DNA from: a virus
Taxonomy: Duplodnaviria > Caudoviricetes
Virus record (IMG/VR): IMGVR_UViG_3300035517_000383
Coordinates: 88,103 to 152,102 of that record
Reading direction: 5' to 3' (one strand)
DNA length: 64,000 nucleotides
The notes beneath the pieces were generated by a model. That model made no database searches, was not told the DNA's origin, and worked only from the letters and a program-made list of their open reading frames with translations. Positions 61,103-64,000 of this stretch are shown piece by piece; positions within the stretch are counted from its first letter, which is position 1; every line of letters starts with the position of its first letter. The translations under genes were made by a program, and so were the position numbers.

Positions 61103-61750
61103 GTTGTTAGATTTAATTTTTAAAAATTTTAGTATCTATGAAAATTTAAGACCTATGAAAATTTGTTGTCAATATTTGCTTTACTACCTTTAAAAATTTA
61201 CTTCATGAAAATTTGTTATCAGCCTTTAGCACTTTAAAGCGCTAAAGTGCTAAAGCGTCCTGAGATACCCCCTATATCCTATAGGTTTAGTAGGTATTCA
61301 TATCCGAGTAAACTAGTAGGAATAGTAGGAGAGGCATATATATTTTAATTTAACCGAGGGTGTTAAATATTTAAATTTAAGGTGATAGACAACTTGGCAT
61401 ATAATTTAAAATTTTAATTAATAGGAACTATTGGGTTGAACTAAAGTAAAATAATTAACTTATTAATTATTTATTAATATTTTAAGATAATTTTATTTTA
61501 TTAAAAATAAAGATATATTTTATAAATATATTTGAGCATTTAGTTAAAAATTTTAATCAATTCAAATTTATCAAATAGGTTTTTCTTTTTATATAAAAGT
61601 CATTTTAACATTAAAATAAATGTAAAAATATTATATAATTCGCCTGCTCCGTGTGACAGAATGAAAGCACATAATATAATATCGTATTGTATTAATATTT
61701 TAAAAAGATAGTATTTAGATTATTACTTTTTATCAATATATGTAGTAAAA

Positions 61751-61898
61751 TGTTAGTATATACTAACAATTTCAAATATGATTTAGTTAGATATTATAAT
61801 TATTATGTATTGTATTGTTAGTATGTACTAACAGCATACTATAATAAAGAGTACATATTGTATTGTAGTATGTAGCAATTTATTAGTGTATACTAACA
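61751..61898. repeat. three 18-bp palindromes TGTTAGTATATACTAACA at 65-bp spacing
   Basis: Copies start at 61751 (perfect), 61816 (1 mismatch) and 61881 (2 mismatches). Confidence 0.8.
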
Positions 61899-62360
61899 CA
61901 AAACATTTAAACAAATACAAATATATATAAGAGTACAACGTAACATATAATATATACATAATAGCATATATAATATAATACATATAACTTCAACACATAA
62001 ATAATATACTATAATACAATTGCATTATATTATAATAATATGATTAATGATAATGTTTATATTGATATAATATAATTGTATTGTGTTATATTTAATAGTA
62101 CAGTATACATTACTATTATTTCAGTTTTTTAGAATATCATGTACGATTTAGTTAAAAAAATATTTTATTTTCCTGCTCCTACTGGCAACATATAAGCATT
62201 TATATCCACATAATAATACTACACATACATACACTATAGCACAATGTACTATTGCATTAATACATATAATACAACACATACACAACATATATACACAACA
62301 CACATATACATATTATTGTATTATATGTATTAATGCAATAGTACAGCACACACATAACAA

Positions 62361-62484
62361 CACACAACAATAACACACAACAACATACACAACAATAACA
62401 CACACAACAATAACACACAACAACATACACAACAATAACACACACAACAATAACACACAACAACATACACAACAATAACACACA
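62361..62484. repeat. 3 perfect 40-bp tandem repeats inside a G-free CA-rich tract
   Basis: CACACAACAATAACACACAACAACATACACAACAATAACA x3. Confidence 0.9.
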
Positions 62485-62653
62485 TATACAATACACAACA
62501 TTACAACATACAACAACACACATATACAACATACATATACATAATATAACATATAATATACTAACATATGAATATATACATATACTATACTATAGTGTAT
62601 AGATATGTCATTTTTTCTACTGTCTCAATAGGATTAATAAAGTATATAAAAAG

Positions 62654-62691
62654 GTAAAATTAAAGCCCTTTTTTGAGGGCTTTAATTTTAC
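62654..62691 (-). terminator. intrinsic terminator
   Basis: 16-bp stem GTAAAATTAAAGCCCT / AGGGCTTTAATTTTAC. Confidence 0.75.
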
Positions 62692-62709
62692 TTAAGTTTC
62701 GGGCGGGAT

Positions 62710-62973
62710 TTAATCATCCTCGTTCATCTCTGAGCCGTCATTTGTATAATTCAACTCAACATCCCACACAATATTATTTTCATCAAAGTCGAAAGTATAA
62801 GAGTTAAAAGAAGAACTATCCTCCGTGATAATATATCCTAAAGTTTCCCACCCGTCCGCATCAATATTAGTAGGAACGGCTGTTATAATCTCAATACCGT
62901 TGTTCTTGAGGGTTGCAAGAACCTCATTAAATGTCATGCCAACAAAGTTTACGTTTTTAATAAAGTTTTTCAT
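62710..62973 (-). CDS. small acidic hypothetical protein, monocistronic
   Basis: GAAAGGA RBS, own promoter and terminator, no TAG. Confidence 0.75.
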   Translation of the reverse strand: MKNFIKNVNFVGMTFNEVLATLKNNGIEIITAVPTNIDADGWETLGYIITEDSSSFNSYTFDFDENNIVWDVELNYTNDGSEMNEDD

Positions 62974-63023
62974 AAAAATCAAATCCTTTCAAATTAGGTA
63001 CTCCGTACCTTTACTGTACTTAT

Positions 63024-63052
63024 ATTATACCATGCTTTTATATGTTTGTCAA
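63024..63052 (-). promoter_or_regulatory. consensus sigmaA promoter
   Basis: TTGACA-17 nt-TATAAT with TG extension. Confidence 0.9.
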
Positions 63053-63120
63053 GGGGTTTTTGAGATTTTTAGAAAAAATTTTCTTTTACTTAAATTCGCC
63101 TGCTCCGTTACCTTTATTTT

Positions 63121-64000
63121 CTGAATGCTGAATTCTGAAATCTGAATGCTGAATTCTGAATGCTGAATGCTGAAATCTGAAATCTGAATGCTGAATTCTG
63201 AATGCTGAATGCTGAAATCTGAAATCTGAATTCTGAATTCTGAATGCTGAAATCTGAAATCTGAATGCTGAATTCTGAATGCTGAATGCTGAATTCTGAA
63301 ATCTGAATGCTGAATGCTGAAATCTGAAATCTGAATGCTGAATTCTGAATGCTGAAATCTGAATGCTGAATTCTGAATGCTGAATTCTGAATGCTGAATG
63401 CTGAATTCTGAAATCTGAATGCTGAATTCTGAATGCTGAAATCTGAATTCTGAAATCTGAATGCTGAATTCTGAATGCTGAATGCTGAATTCTGAAATCT
63501 GAATGCTGAATTCTGAATGCTGAAATCTGAATTCTGAAATCTGAATGCTGAATTCTGAATTCTGAATGCTGAATTCTGAATGCTGAATGCTGAAATCTGA
63601 ATGCTGAATTCTGAATGCTGAATGCTGAAATCTGAAATCTGAATGCTGAATTCTGAATGCTGAAATCTGAATTCTGAAATCTGAATGCTGAATTCTGAAT
63701 GCTGAATTCTGAATGCTGAATGCTGAAATCTGAATGCTGAATTCTGAATGCTGAATGCTGAAATCTGAAATCTGAATGCTGAATTCTGAATGCTGAATTC
63801 TGAATGCTGAAATCTGAATTCTGAATGCTGAATTCTGAATGCTGAATGCTGAATTCTGAAATCTGAATGCTGAATTCTGAATGCTGAAATCTGAATGCTG
63901 AAATCTGAATTCTGAAATCTGAATGCTGAATTCTGAATTCTGAATGCTGAATTCTGAATGCTGAATGCTGAAATCTGAATGCTGAATTCTGAATGCTGAA
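63121..64000. repeat. heptamer tandem array CTGAA(TG/TT/AT), at least 125 units, runs off the window
   Basis: 880 nt = 125 x 7 + 5, so the phase is kept from start to window end; only three variants seen. Confidence 0.95.

Noticed and set aside
62257-62567. Cys/Val-rich ORFs on the - strand
   Set aside because: By-product of the CA-rich repeat; two frames give similar low-complexity text and there is no RBS.
61103-62700. Suppressor tRNA or other tRNA gene
   Set aside because: No cloverleaf or T-loop motif recognised by eye; a tRNA scan of the full genome is needed.
63121-64000. CRISPR array
   Set aside because: 7-bp contiguous units with no unique spacers, and no cas genes in the window.

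Overview
This window is 64 kb of a large, AT-rich tailed dsDNA phage of a Firmicutes-type host (GGAGG ribosome-binding sites, sigmaA-type promoters). The left 5.4 kb (+ strand) is the end of a replication module: DnaE, ClpP-like protease, dUTPase and RuvC. From 5.5 to 61 kb (- strand) lie the packaging, head, tail and lysis genes plus a five-gene Cys/Gln/Asn-rich cassette. The right 3 kb is a structured non-coding region ending in a 7-bp tandem array. The supplied ORF track is fragmented for two reasons visible in the sequence. First, TAG is read as a sense codon (Gln): fragments in the same frame join across TAG, TAG sits at conserved Gln positions, and the reconstructed genes end in TAA/TGA. 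Second, 12 group I introns interrupt four genes: 6 in the tape measure gene, 4 in the large terminase, 1 in the major tail gene and 1 in a cassette gene. They leave micro-exons of 17-27 nt and carry 7 homing endonucleases of 4 families. Other notable signals are strong enrichment of GCSGC (about 120 copies by manual count), five tandem tail-tube-like paralogs, uneven TAG use between genes, and a three-variant heptamer array. All coordinates were derived by hand; product names come from motif recognition and synteny, with no database search.
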